Below are positions 13,182-25,450 of a DNA stretch of 64,000 bases, in pieces. A program made the translations under genes and the position numbers. Position 1 is the stretch's first letter. Each line of letters begins with the position of its first letter. The stretch comes from Trypethelium eluteriae (lineage: Eukaryota), in contig JAVECL010000044.1 of assembly GCA_051942245.1 (NCBI GenBank), positions 1-64,000 on the forward strand, read 5' to 3'. Under the pieces are notes generated by a model. It saw only the letters and a program-made list of their open reading frames with translations. It made no database searches and had not been told where the DNA came from.

Positions 13182-14634
13182 ATGAAAACTGACAACTATC
13201 TCGCTTTATGTCTCGAGCAGGCGGCTAACTCCAATCTGCGCTACCGTCATGGTTGCATCGTTGTGCGCGGTGGAAAAGTCATTGGGGAGGGCTTCAATGA
13301 GTCTCGCTCTGGATTTGACGGAGGGGCTCTTAAGACTGGCTTTATCGCTGCCGGTCCGCCGAAGTCAAAATGTAAATCGAGTAGCAAGATTCCAGAGGAA
13401 CTGAGTAATGATGTTGAGGCTACGAAGAATGCCCCTCACAAAGGCTTGACTCTGTTCGAGAACATGGGCGGGGGACACAACATCAACACACCATTTACCA
13501 TGCACTCTGAGATGATGGCCATTCGTTCTGCTCTCTCTACTTCTTCTACTCTGGCTGCCACTGTGAGGTCGTCTAAAAAACCGTACTTCAAACTACCGGG
13601 TTTGTCTAAACAAGACAAACGACTAAGACGCGAGGCCCTCAAAGCATACGTCTCGCACATCTGTAGCGAGGGTAACGCCGCTATCACCGAGCAGTCGACC
13701 GTGGAGCGACGCCGTGACTTGGCGCAAGTTCAACAGAGGCAATTTGAATCCGCTACATCTCAATCAGGTGGCTATGGAGGAGAAGGCGAACAACAAGAGC
13801 GAAGGGGAGAAGGTAAGGAAGCAGCGAGTCAAGAGCGACAACGACGACGAGCGGATGCTTCTTTGGAAGGGTGTGAAGAAAGACCGAGCATGTTCTTCAG
13901 ATACTTATTCTCTTCACGACCATCAGAAAACTTCTCATCATTGTCATCACCAGCACCACCAACAGTCTCAGTATCACCACCAGTACCATGACCAGAAACA
14001 CCAACATGGGCAGCACGGACAGAAGGGTTCACAACAAAACCGCAAATCCTTGTCCAGGCCTAAGAAGGACGAGACCTATCAACCGCAGGCCTTCCTGCAG
14101 CCTTATGCTCGGACAGAGCACCCCCCATATAGCATAGCAGAGCGGAGGAGATTTAACCGCCTCAACGGTGTTGATTTGTATGTTGCAAGGCTCGGAAACC
14201 ACAGTGAAAATGAAAGAAAGCAATCGAAGAGACCTCTCGAAGAAGCTGAGCCGGCTGCTCAACCAATAGAGTTGGATCGCAGCTTAGTAAAATCGGAGAA
14301 GATTGCGTCAATGGGGTCTTTGCATGAAGAACTCGAGTTTCCAGATCCGCGCATTCCTTCTCGCTCACCGCCTAAGGAGCGAGAGCTGTTCGACTGCAGT
14401 ATGATCCGGGCGTCCAAGCCTTGCTATCGGTGTGTCGAATATATGCGCTCGGTTGGCATTAAGCGGGTATTCTGGACGGATGAGACGGGTCAATGGAAAG
14501 GGTGCAAGGTCCACGAGCTCTGTGACTCATTTGACAAGTTATCAACGAGTCGACACGCAGATGAAATAGCTGGCAGTGGTCCATTTGTGACAAAGCATGA
14601 GATCTTGATGTTGCGGAGAAGGATGGGGAATTAA
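13182..14634 (+). CDS. CMP/dCMP-type zinc-dependent deaminase-fold protein, split across two overlapping reading frames
   Basis: Frame A (ATG 13182, stop 13991): MKTDNYLALCLEQA...RHGCIVVRGGKVIGEGFN...MHSEMMAI (HxE motif). Frame B (+1, open 13627-14634): LNGVDLYVARL...SKPCYRCVEYMRSVGIKRVFWT (PCxxC motif). Confidence 0.8.
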
Positions 14635-14852
14635 CTACAAGAGTAGCGAGCCATAAGCCGATCTTTATTCAATGGTAAGGAAATTCCGCGTAGTTCTACA
14701 ATTCCGACGTCTTGCGAGTCCCAGTGGATATGCGGAGTAAACTTACAACACCTTACGCTCCCTCATTTGGGAAAAGTGCAATGCTCAAGGGACAAGGTAT
14801 GCTCACTTACAGTCTCCAGTAAAATCCCTGACGATAGTGTTACTCTTACATA

Positions 14853-15031
14853 CCTTACGGCGGCTGGGGGGTTCCTCAACTGGTAGTTAATACAATGTTA
14901 CCTCAGTTTAAATGTTATGACCATGTTGGCCCATGTTAAAGCAGTTGACATGGACCAACAAGGTCATAACAGCAAAGTCAAAATAACATTGCATTAACTA
15001 CCAGTTGAGGAACCCCCCAGCCGCCGTAAGG
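14853..15031. mobile_element. MITE family A, copy 1 (Tc1/mariner-type, TA target duplication)
   Basis: Long terminal inverted repeats CCTTACGGCGGCTGGGGGGTTCCTCAACTGGTAGTTAAT / ATTAACTACCAGTTGAGGAACCCCCCAGCCGCCGTAAGG, with TA on both sides (14851-52, 15032-33). Related copies start at 28386 and 36445. Confidence 0.9.
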
Positions 15032-15333
15032 TATGCTAGAATACGTGACTACTTGACTTCTTTGTCGAATACTTGGCGCCCCCTTTTCTCGGGAAGAGAT
15101 CCATCCGAAGCACCAATGATAGATTGATTGTCTCGCACAAAGTAGAGTGGGGAGGCGGAAAGAAGTCATAAACGCACAGAGAGCGATTCTTTTCCTAAAA
15201 AACGGCTTGCCGTAATATTAAAGCCAAAGAGGGAAGTAGGACGACCAGCGTCCGAGGTCTCTGCCTCTTGCTCGCTGTGTTTTTATTTCAACCGTCAGCT
15301 TTAGCTTGCCACCCAGAACCTCTCTTTCCAAGA

Positions 15334-16250
15334 TTAATCTTCATCATCAGCCTCGATCTCGTTCTCGTCCGCACGCTTCTTCGGAGACTTCGCTCCCGAC
15401 CAGAGTAGGTGGAACGTCTTAAAACCAGACGCATTGGGGTCGTCTAGCTCAACGGTGTAATCCTTTGGATCAAATCCATCTGTTTCCGTACGTTTGTCAC
15501 AGATCGACTTGTCTGGCGGATTCTGCATCAATGCGGCACAATGCGGCCTTGCAAACGCGTTTTAGCAGTTTTGTTCTCTCGGTGAACATGGGGCACTGAA
15601 TGCTTGACTTACGCTGAGTTACCAAAATTCTTGAAATTCCTGTAGAACCACTTCTTCTGCGCAATTGGGGGGTCTGCCGCTCTATAGCTTGCTTGGATAT
15701 TGTTCTTTTGCACTGCGATCCACTGAGCAAATGTTTTTCAATCATACAGGACTGGTCATCTAGCACTCACCGTTTTGTTCTTCGGGACGAGCAGCGGTAA
15801 TATGAGTGTATGCGCCACCTTGCGCAGTTCCCTCGTAAGTGTTTTCTTCTGCACTTGTGAATCCTGGTGGGGGTTGAGGGATTCCCCGTCTCTTGATTTT
15901 ATCAGCATCGCCCGCAAAAGGCTGGAGTCCTGCTCCACTCTTGGTGTTCTTGCCCGAGCGATTAGTATTGTCCCTCTGTCTGGCTCGAAGTTAGATGGGG
16001 CGAAGTCTAGTTTGAGGTGAGGAGCGAGTCGTATATCTTACAGAACTCGAAGTCCTTTGAAACATAGAATGTCTGCACAATTGGCATCGCAGATGTGTTC
16101 CTGACTTGTGCAATCCATCCACATGGTAATGGGATCATTCTCACTATCGCCCGTCGCTCGTTTCTGAATACGATCGGAGGTTGGTACAGCATTGACATGT
16201 TGAAGAAGCAATGATGATGTTGCTAAAGCAAAGATATAATAACGGAACAT
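15334..16250 (-). CDS. Secreted Cys-containing protein, NucA/NucB deoxyribonuclease-like (effector candidate)
   Basis: Signal peptide MFRYYIFALATSSLLLQHVNA and a Kex2-type QKR. Introns 15980-16041, 15713-15770 and 15548-15612 give a continuous frame containing ICDANCADILC and TSAEENTYEGTAQGG...EEQNVQ, which resemble the NucA/B E-x-x-x-x-S/T-x-Q/E-GG...N/Q motif. Confidence 0.65.
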
Positions 16251-17209
16251 GGTGACAATGCTAGGTAATGACAAGAATCTGCCCAGACAGGGAGGAGGTG
16301 GTTCTCAAAGTGTTGTCGAGGTCGTTTAACAAGAGAAAGTGAAGGCTCTGGCTATCCAAGAGAACTACGAAGGCGAGATAGCTGCATTTATAACTGCAGG
16401 TTTATCCAGAGGATATACTGGATTCAAGAATTCCAGCTTTGCATGATGAAAGATATGGAGATTAAAGCCAACAATCAACTTTGATGGGGTCAGCCATGAA
16501 GGAGTGTCGATGATGATGAAAAGATGAATCAGAGGGAACAATGCTCAACATGAGACAATTGTGTCATGCTGTTGATCTTCTATTCCAAAGAGAAAGTTCA
16601 TAGCAGAGCCCTCAACAATCGACGTAGAGGAATTGAAGGAAATAAAGACAGATACATTAGATGAATTCGTCTGGTCCTCACCCTTTAGCTCGCTTAACAG
16701 TGAGGATCTACTGCTGGGTCCCTACTCTCCAGCAATAGCTTTTGGCCAGGTGTGAACTTCTCTAATTATACAAACTTAAAAGTGGGCTGCATAGGCAAAA
16801 TGACATCCTAATAGGCCCCTAGCCGAGATACCTTAGACCTTGGCATCTGCGCTTGCAATCTTGGCATCTCAGCCCAGCGGCTAAATGATACACATGACGA
16901 GGAGTGTTTGAGGCTCAGCCGCGATATATTAAGCCATGTTGGAAATTTAGCGATCAAGCCAGTGTATTCAGAAGATCCACAAAATGACGTTGAAAATACA
17001 TATCTTCAACGTATCGAGCCTGGGCTTATTCTTCAAAACGCTTGAAGGTCATAGTCTACCATCTATAAAGGAGTGCTTTGGAACGACCCTGACTCCGCAG
17101 AATCTTCAACTCCCTACTTCATCAAACGAAGTTTACTTCATCTCCCACAGTCAAGCTTAATCTCGGAGCTCTGTTTCAGCACTTCACTAGAAAAGACTTA
17201 CATTTCACT

Positions 17210-17983
17210 ATGCATTCCTCCACGCTTTCGGTTGTTCTCATGACAGGTCTTTTTGCATTTCTCACAGCGGCCGCACCTGCCCAAGATGGCTCTCAGCTAC
17301 AAGCTCGTGATCAGAAGAACGTCAACGGTATGGTCGTCACGATAGATGACCTTGGTTCCGGAGACGATCGCGTTAAACGTGAAGAGAATGTCACCAGAGA
17401 CGGTATAACCTTCACAACGAGCGATCTTACGGACGAGGAACTGTCGCCGAGGTCGGAAGTAGCCAAGCGAAACAGCGATTACGTCTCTTCTTGCGGACCA
17501 AAGTCAGGATGGATTCCCATCGCTGATCACTACGACCAATCTGGAACCAAGTGGTGGGGGTACTCAAGTGCCGTCGATGCGTTTTGCACTCGGGTTTCGT
17601 CTGACTTCGATGGGAACCCAATTGTAGTTGCACCAAAAAAGAAACTTTCCGCAACGGTGAGGTTCGAGAACGAATCCGATCAGACAGGAACACGGGTTGG
17701 CTTGAAGAACGAAGTTCCAGGGCACATAGAATGTAAGAGGAGTAGCAGTATCGGTAGTCTTCCTGTTCGCTAACTTGGTGTAGTTGAGATCCACAATAAG
17801 CAGTCTGATGGAGACGAAAGGCCCAATCACGACAGCTGCACACGATATCTTATGGAAATGACAGCTCCACCAGGTTACAAGGGTTCCAACTGCTATGGAA
17901 GCAACAATAAAGATACTAAGGGTGGTTCATACCAGGTTGGATCGAAAAAGATTTCTTACCATGGACTTCCTGGCACTAATTAG
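17210..17983 (+). CDS. Small secreted Cys-containing pre-pro-protein (effector/toxin candidate)
   Basis: Signal peptide MHSSTLSVVLMTGLFAFLTAA and KR sites (VKR, AKR). Intron 17733-17783 (GTAAGA...GCTAAC...TAG). Exon 2 reads FEIHNKQ...SCTRYLMEM...SNCYGSNNKDTKGGSYQVG...LPGTN*. TATAAA near 17065. Confidence 0.8.
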
Positions 17984-19350
17984 GTAGATGGATGGAGAAA
18001 GTGATGACCATGTCACTCCTCATGGGCGGGATATCTGAAGACTATCTTACCATCGGGCATATGGCTGGTACGGTCCTATAATATGCACCATGCAGGCCAT
18101 GGTGAAGTAGAGTCTAGTTTTAATACCAATCAACTGACTTTCGCTTGCTCTGAATTCCACTTACCAAATTGCCAAGTAATAAAGATCTGTTAGCGGAATT
18201 TCATGTCGTAGCGTCATAAGCGCCATACCTGCCGAATTAGCAATCTACTGCTCTTCGAGACTGTCGTCTGGGATGCAAGAGTTCGGTCGATCGATAGATG
18301 TGTGCCTCTGGGATGCCCAAATTAGACATCCAAACAGTATATTTGATCGGTATCCGCAAGCATAATATGGTCAATCATTTCTGATCAAGGTTGGGTTGCC
18401 TATACAGTGGCTAAAGAAAGCACTCTGGTCAGTCCTGCTAGATCTGTTGATCAGAACCTCGAGAAAACACCGAAAGGTGTGCGAGTAAAGCGGCACAGGA
18501 GACAAGTCCGCTTCTTGGAGGGGCAAACAACGGCGATCTGGCTGTGACAGTGTTTAAATAAGATAGTACAGTCTGATCGTTGCTTGGATGAGAAGAGGTG
18601 AGGTTAAGAAGAAATAGCTGAGCCATATGTGGGTCAGCCAATCAGAGGAGTCTGTGTCGCATCGATGCAGCCGCTCCCAACGCAAAGCTTACTTCGTGTC
18701 GATGCCTCTCAAATCATGATCCTCCTTTTCCATGGACGGAACGGAAATATACGAACTCCTCGTCTGAGATCCACACGCACGGTGTTCCGAAGGCGAATCA
18801 GCGGGCTCCAACTAGAGTACTCGCGCTCAGCTTTTGTATCAGACCCACACAGACTTGGCAGCCTCCTGCAGAAGATCTTATGATGGGGCTGTATCGACGG
18901 GTGGTGTCTTGAAGCCCAACACATGTCAGCTCTAGGCAATAACGGAGCTCGCATTTTGGATGCGACCTGTCAATAGCTAGGTCCAGAAAAGCAAGAGGTG
19001 CTCGAGGATAGGAACGTGTTCATCAACGAGGACAGTGTTCGGTTGATCACGACATGACCTCCCACGTCTATAGGCAGCTTCTTCTATCTTCCGAAACAGA
19101 AGGTAAGGCTGGAGGTGATCAGTTGCATCACGTGATCTCATAGGATTCGTGCTCAGAAAGGTACCCGTAAGTACCTATATCTTACCTAGACCTAGTATAT
19201 ATAGGTCCTCGTAGGTTATGGTTCAATCAGTGAGCATTCCCTACCTTTCGATCGACGTATCGCCTATCTTGCTTGCAGACGTCTCTAAGCAGCCAGAATT
19301 TCTCGGCTTTAACACTCAGCAGCCCCCCTTCTCCCATAGCATTGGTGACG

Positions 19351-19944
19351 ATGGCCCACGTCCTGCTTTTCTGTGCAGGAGACGTATCTCCTAAGGCAGG
19401 CCTCAGCTCATCAACCTGTTTCTGCATTGGACTAATTGATCCCTTGCTTTAGGTGATAGACAGGCTCATCACCAAATCTCAAAGCCATTCCCCGTCATTT
19501 AATTGCTGGACACTCATCCGCGGACCCTCTCAAGCTGTCAAGGATGAAGAGACTCCAGTCCCGGTCGAATCCTTCAGCACAGGGTTCAAAGGTGCATCCA
19601 TCGACTCTCTTGCGGGCTTTGTCACTTCTCGCATTCCCGAACCTGTTGGATTGCTCACCCCATACACTTTCGCCGTGCTGGATGAGCGCAGTGAAAGAGA
19701 CGACACCGTCCTTCTCGTGCATCAAGTAACAAGCTATCCCGACAAGGATCCAGAAGATACGAATCCAGACCCGTCGACGGCGAAGAAAGAGTGGAAGCAG
19801 TGGCGCGTGACCTTTGTGTCGGGTCAGTGGGTAGTATCTGTACTGGAAGAAGGAGATGATTTGTTGACGGAGAGCTTTGACGATTCATTGTTTTCCGTTG
19901 ATGCCGATGGGGTTTTGCATGTTCGGCGCATAGAAGGATCTTGA
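19351..19944 (+). CDS. Hypothetical fungal protein (DUF6924-like)
   Basis: Short exon MAHVLLFCAGD(VSPK) at 19351 splices in frame to ORF 19453-19944 (CTAAT branch point, TTAG acceptor at 19452; donor either 19384 or 19396). Motif FAVLDERS..DDTVLL...WKQWRVTF. Confidence 0.55.
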
Positions 19945-20657
19945 ATTCATTGCTGTGGTGCACGCTAGCCCGTCTCTGGTAGCTCCAGCCATTGCATAAT
20001 TAGGTAATACGGTACTCTAGCCGTAATGTCACTTTCGGTGTTGCCCCCGGCTCCACTGCGATCGCGCTTTCACTGTGCCTACAAGATGGCGGAGAATAAG
20101 AATTGGAAATCCGATATCATCAGAATGCCGTCGGGTAACAAATTTTTGTACCTTTCCACCCACTTTAGCCGCATTTGGCAGGTACTCAGAATCGCTCCCG
20201 TTTCAGCCGACCATTCTTGTATCTTGCACTGTTTTTTTGAAGGGTCCCCCTGCACGTGGACCTGGAGACGGTACCTTATAGAGTACTGCAAGTCTCCTTT
20301 GCCAGAGCCTAAGCTGCTGTCCCGCCAGACCCAGGGGAGAGGCAAAATCAGAGCGTGGCCCTGGCCGGTCTCTTCATTGGCACGATTTGGTCCTTGTCCA
20401 TAACCTAACCCACGTTCTCGCATGAGACATACCAGAACAGCAAGCCTTACCAGAAGTGCGGGCTGGTGCATACAGGACTGCGATGATGAGGTCACACCCA
20501 GCAATTAGAGCAGTACACTCCATAGGAATTTTGATCATGACATCGCGTAGCGTGTACAATGGCCTGCCTATATGGACCAGCTTCTCCATCAATGATGGGA
20601 GCAAGTTGGTTATTGCTCTTCGCCAGTAGAATCGCTTTCTTCTATAGTCTATTCGCG

Positions 20658-22900
20658 ATGCTCGCTAATTCTTACATCGGCGCTGTTGCGCTGAGCACTC
20701 AAATCGTCCTTGCTCAAGCAGCAGCAACAAACTCCACTCCAGAAGCATTGAACCCCAACCTTACAAACACTATCCCTCAAGCTCCGGGAGGTCCAATTCT
20801 GTAATCTGGGCAACTTCTCCGAGCAATCAGACAGAAACTGATAGTGGCGTATAGCTACTACAATGGCTCTGGACCAGTTCCTCCGTATAATATGACCTCT
20901 CCAAATCCGGTCCCGATCACACCATTGAATAGGTAAGTGGGAAGTTCTCTGGAGAATGTTTCACAGCAGCTTACTGAGACTCGCAGCTCTTCCGCAATTG
21001 AGAATAATCTCTTTAATGAGCTTGTGGGGATCGTGAACGGGACGAGCGTTACTGGTCAATGCAACAAATGCATAGCAGCAACTGAAGTAATGCACATTGC
21101 TGCAATTACCCAACCGGTATCTACCGTAGTAGATCTCCTCATCAGAGCGTAAGTCCCATTCAGGTGGAACGAACATTCTCGTTGGCTTAGGTTACTGGCA
21201 GATGTAACGCCTTCCCTGCTTTTGAGGAAACGATTTCCGCGCAGACTTGCTATGAAGAGTTCGGCGGCATCGGTAAGCTCAGAGTCTTTTTATGTAGATT
21301 AAAAGATTCGAAGTTGACGAGAAAAGGGAACACCGGACCATATTATGCGCAGCTCTTTTCCAAAATGAGTGCAGCAACTGGTGACCTGCAGGCCTTCTGT
21401 GCATACTACGATGCTTGCGACCTTCCGGACACCATTGCTATTGATGAAAGCCAGTACTTTAGTCCGAAGCCTTCAAGTGCCAATGTTGCCCCGGACCCAT
21501 CCGGCGAAAACATCAACGTGCTCCACTTGAGTGACTGGCACCTTGATCCCCGCTACGACATTGGTTCGGAGGCGAACTGCAGCCAATACCTTTGCTGCAG
21601 GCCCTACGCCACCAATACAGACCTTGACACAGATATTGAGGATCCTTCTATTCCAGCCTCTCGATTCGGTTACCTATACTGCGATTCTCCTCCTGACCTC
21701 GCCTTGTCTTCGTTCGCTTCGATGCCTGATTTCTTCAACATGAGTAGCGTTTCTTTTGGCATCTTCACAGGAGACATTGTTTCTCATGACAATGGAGACC
21801 AACTGTCGCGAGCTTATGTTGAGTATGAAGAAAAAGTGACTTACGAGACATTCAAGGCGGAGATGCGTAACGTTCCCGTCTATCCCACTCTTGGCAATCA
21901 TGACTCTTTTCCTGAAGCGTACAACACGCAGAACGAACTAGACCCGAGCAAGAATTTGTCATCCAATGCCTTATCCTGGAATTACGACCTCTTGTCATCA
22001 ATGTGGCAGACCGATGGTTGGGTCACGGCATCCGAAGCCAACTACGCTAAGACTCACTATGGAGCCTATGCCCACACGACCGCGCAAGGCCTGCGGATCA
22101 TTTCCATCAATACCGACTTCTGGTACGTCGACAATATCTTCAATTACTGGAACTTCACCAACCCGGACACCTCAGGCATCCTGAAGTTCCTCGCTGACGA
22201 GCTCTCGGCCTGCGAAGCCGCCGGCCAACGGGCTTGGATCATCGGCCACGTCCTCTCGGGCTACAGCGGCACCAATGCGCTGCCCAATCCCTCAGCGCTG
22301 TTCTACTCCATCGTCCGTCGCTTCTCGCCTGCGACGATCGCTGGCATCTTCTTCGGCCACACCCACGAGGATCAGCTCCAGATCTTCTACGACTACCTCC
22401 CAGACTCCACAGTCGCCGGGAAGAACAGCACGAGTCTGCGCAACACGACGCTCGTGGACTACAGCAAGCCGCTGCAGATGGGCTTCGTTGGTCCTTCCAT
22501 CACTCCGCTGACGGGCTACAACGCGGGATACCAGCTGTACCAGGTCGATGCTAAGACTTTCTCCGTGACGGGCATCCAGACGTACTTCGCCAACGTCTCG
22601 GACTCTCTGAATTGGCACACTCCAGTCTGGGATTTTGAGTATGATGCCCGGGAGACGTACGATGTTAACGGTACATGGCCTGCCGGTGCGCCGCTGAATG
22701 CGACGTTTTGGGATGGCGTGACGTATAACATGCTGAGAAATCATAGCTTGGTGGAGCGGTACAATTTCTTGGAGACGAAGAGTAGTGTCGTGACGAAGAG
22801 CTGCAATACGGCGGCGTGTGCGGAGCAAAAGGTATGTTACATAAGGAGCGGAAGTGCAGCGCTAGGACGGGCGTGTCCACAGAGCAATGGACCCTCCTGA
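20658..22900 (+). CDS. Secreted acid sphingomyelin phosphodiesterase-like metallophosphoesterase with a saposin-like domain
   Basis: Signal peptide at ATG 20658, several short 5' exons (CNKCIAATE saposin-like), and calcineurin-like motifs HLSDWHLD, FTGDIVSHD, LGNHD, IIGH, FFGHTHED. Confidence 0.9.
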
Positions 22901-24899
22901 TGTATTAGAATGAGGTTGGTGGTGATCGCTGCTCGAGGGAGATTTGTATATAAAGGATGTTGCGGTGGATTGAGTATTTATCAATATTTTGTGAGTAGTA
23001 TGAGAATAGACGTACCTTCTCAATGCGTCTGATGCCAAGTTCTGGGAAGTCCTGCATTTTTCAGATTCACCAGTGTACTCATGTGCAAGCGCGTAAGGTC
23101 GCTTGCTGTGTTGATGGGGTATTTTGAGCACGCTTGCTGTAATGGTGTATGTGGCATCACTAAAGATGCAAGGACTTCCTACACGATCTTGTTGTTCGGC
23201 TTCTGAACTTGCTCCGTCGTTAATAGAAGGCGAGACATCCATTGCCGAAGGAAATAGCGCGTCATCGGCTATCGCTGAATGGTCGCGTCCTTTCAAGAAA
23301 ATGACAGGAACTTGCCTGCCTGTATCAATACCTGCAAGCACCCAGATCGATGATGGAGAATGGAAGGTCTGACATGAGCGAAAAGAGAAAGGGTTAAGTA
23401 ATCCGCGAGACCCCGGCCACGTTTTAAGTCAATCAAGTGGAAAGTACACTTTCGAGGAAGTCAAACGTCGGTTGATTGGAAGTCGCGCATCGGTGTCTGT
23501 AGGGGCTAGCTGCCTTAGTAGTGTAAATGACGAAACAATGAGAGGCAAATTTTGGATCGTGAGGAAATGGCGAATGAACATCTCGAATTGTGCTAAAGCT
23601 AGCTTTCGTGAAGGTACGAAACGCCTTTTTGGACGGTCGTGGTCATTGTCGGCTCTGGCTCCAGGACCGTTCAAGCCTTTTGCCAAAGACAGTTCAGATA
23701 GAACATTAAGATGTTCATGCTGGATATGAGCACGTAGCGTGATTTCTAACGTTGTGTTCATCTGTCGCAGTACACTGGTACTGCTTTAATCCTTCCGTAG
23801 GCTCATCTTCCTTGCCTGCGATTGCCAATCAGGACTCTTTCCCAGGTTCAGTGTTGCCTCAAGGCTTACGCCTAACAACATCTTTCAGAAGTTGCTGCCG
23901 TTCTGATAAACAAAGACGGGTCTTGATAAAAGGCTCTTCGCCCACTGGGTCCTCTTCTTTTGTCTTTTTTTTGAACATATCTTAACGCACGACACTTTTG
24001 AAGAGCTGGACAGTGTGCCTGAGTCACCTCATGTGGCCACCGTCCCATCAAAGCCAGTCGAAGAGCAATCGCCCTCAAGAGGAATCGCCCTCGTGCGAGG
24101 TCAGCCGCCAGTTACACCATCAGGAAGGATATGTCCCCATATATCCTCTCCTTTGGCTACGCTGCCCACATTTCCGCCTCAAAGGAAACATGTTCCTTTG
24201 GCTTGTTGTTGAATGGCCTCGGCACATTCCCGCGTTCCTACTCGACCATCATCTTCCCTTCATTGCTTGTCAGGCACACTGTCTTCGCTCCTTCATCCCT
24301 TGCTCGACCATCAACACAGTCATTTTGCTGTTGATCTTCCCACGTCTGCTCCATGACCACACTCTTCCACAACGCAGCACTGCTTCACAACTTGTCATAT
24401 GGGACCAGCTTCATGTTCATATCAATTTCTTCACAGACACCAGGGCATTGTCCATATCGCCCAGATGGCGGCGTCTTCATGTACATAACTTAAACATTCG
24501 GCTGGTTGCTGACCTCGTCGGCAATTTTTGATCTTGTGTCACAGGTGCAACGTGATCAACGTCACTAACACCATCCCAAATACACAGAGTTTCAGAAAGG
24601 ATGCTCGATGCTTTCAGTGTTTTTAGCCATTTTCGGAAAGACCAGTGGGAAGAGGAAAGGAATCGTGAGTTTGAGCTTGGAAACATTTGCTCAGATCAGG
24701 TATCGCCGCAGTCAAAGGTACCCTTCAATCCGAGCTGCCCGTGTGATGATGGGCTTCCTTGGGTCTCAGTCTTGTGACGCTCGAGTTACCGCCTCTCTGA
24801 AGAAGGTGACAATAAAATGTGCGTCATTGATCATCATTGACCTCGCATACATGAATCCAACCTAGCAGTGTGCTCAACGCTTCGAAATGTGAACAAGGT

Positions 24900-25450
24900 T
24901 CAAGGATATGCGTTGCACCCTCCTGCAAGACCCGCTTTGAAGATGACCGGGGAAGAACCTGCATAAGCCCGTCTGACCGCACACGATGTCAGGTGAACAA
25001 TCCAACGCTACAGTGTGCTTTACGTGGGTTTTGCTAATCGTCAAGCACTCTCCAGAAGACGCGTAACACTCTTCTGGAAGACCTGCTTTGAACAAGACGG
25101 GGAAGAGCCGAATGGAACCGTCTAGCTTCATACGATGTCGAATGACCATCGCCACACTCTTTGTGTACTCCACGTGAATCTCGCTAATTTCCAAGCATTC
25201 TCCAGAAGATGCGTCATTCTTTTCTGAAAGACCTGCTTTGAATATAATGGGCAGAAGTCTGCATAACCCCATCCTGCTACGCGCAATGTCCAATGGCCAA
25301 TCTCACGATAGCAGTGCGCTCGACGTAAGATTTGCCAATCTTCAAGCAGACTCCAGCAGATGCAGTACACTGTCCAAGATGACCTGCTTCGGAAATGACG
25401 GAGAAAGCCCACAGTGGTCCATCCAGATGGGTGAAATGCCATCATTGAGA
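24900..25450. repeat. Degenerate tandem repeat, four units of about 150 bp
   Basis: The core (A)AGACC(T/C)GCTT(T/C)G recurs at about 24927, 25078, 25228 and 25379 (spacing 150-151), with shared flanks such as CAAGCA..CTCCAG.AGA.GC. Confidence 0.7.

Noticed and set aside
23000..24870. Possible minus-strand pseudogene
   Set aside because: Frames look partly protein-like but contain many stops and no recognisable motif, so I cannot support a call.
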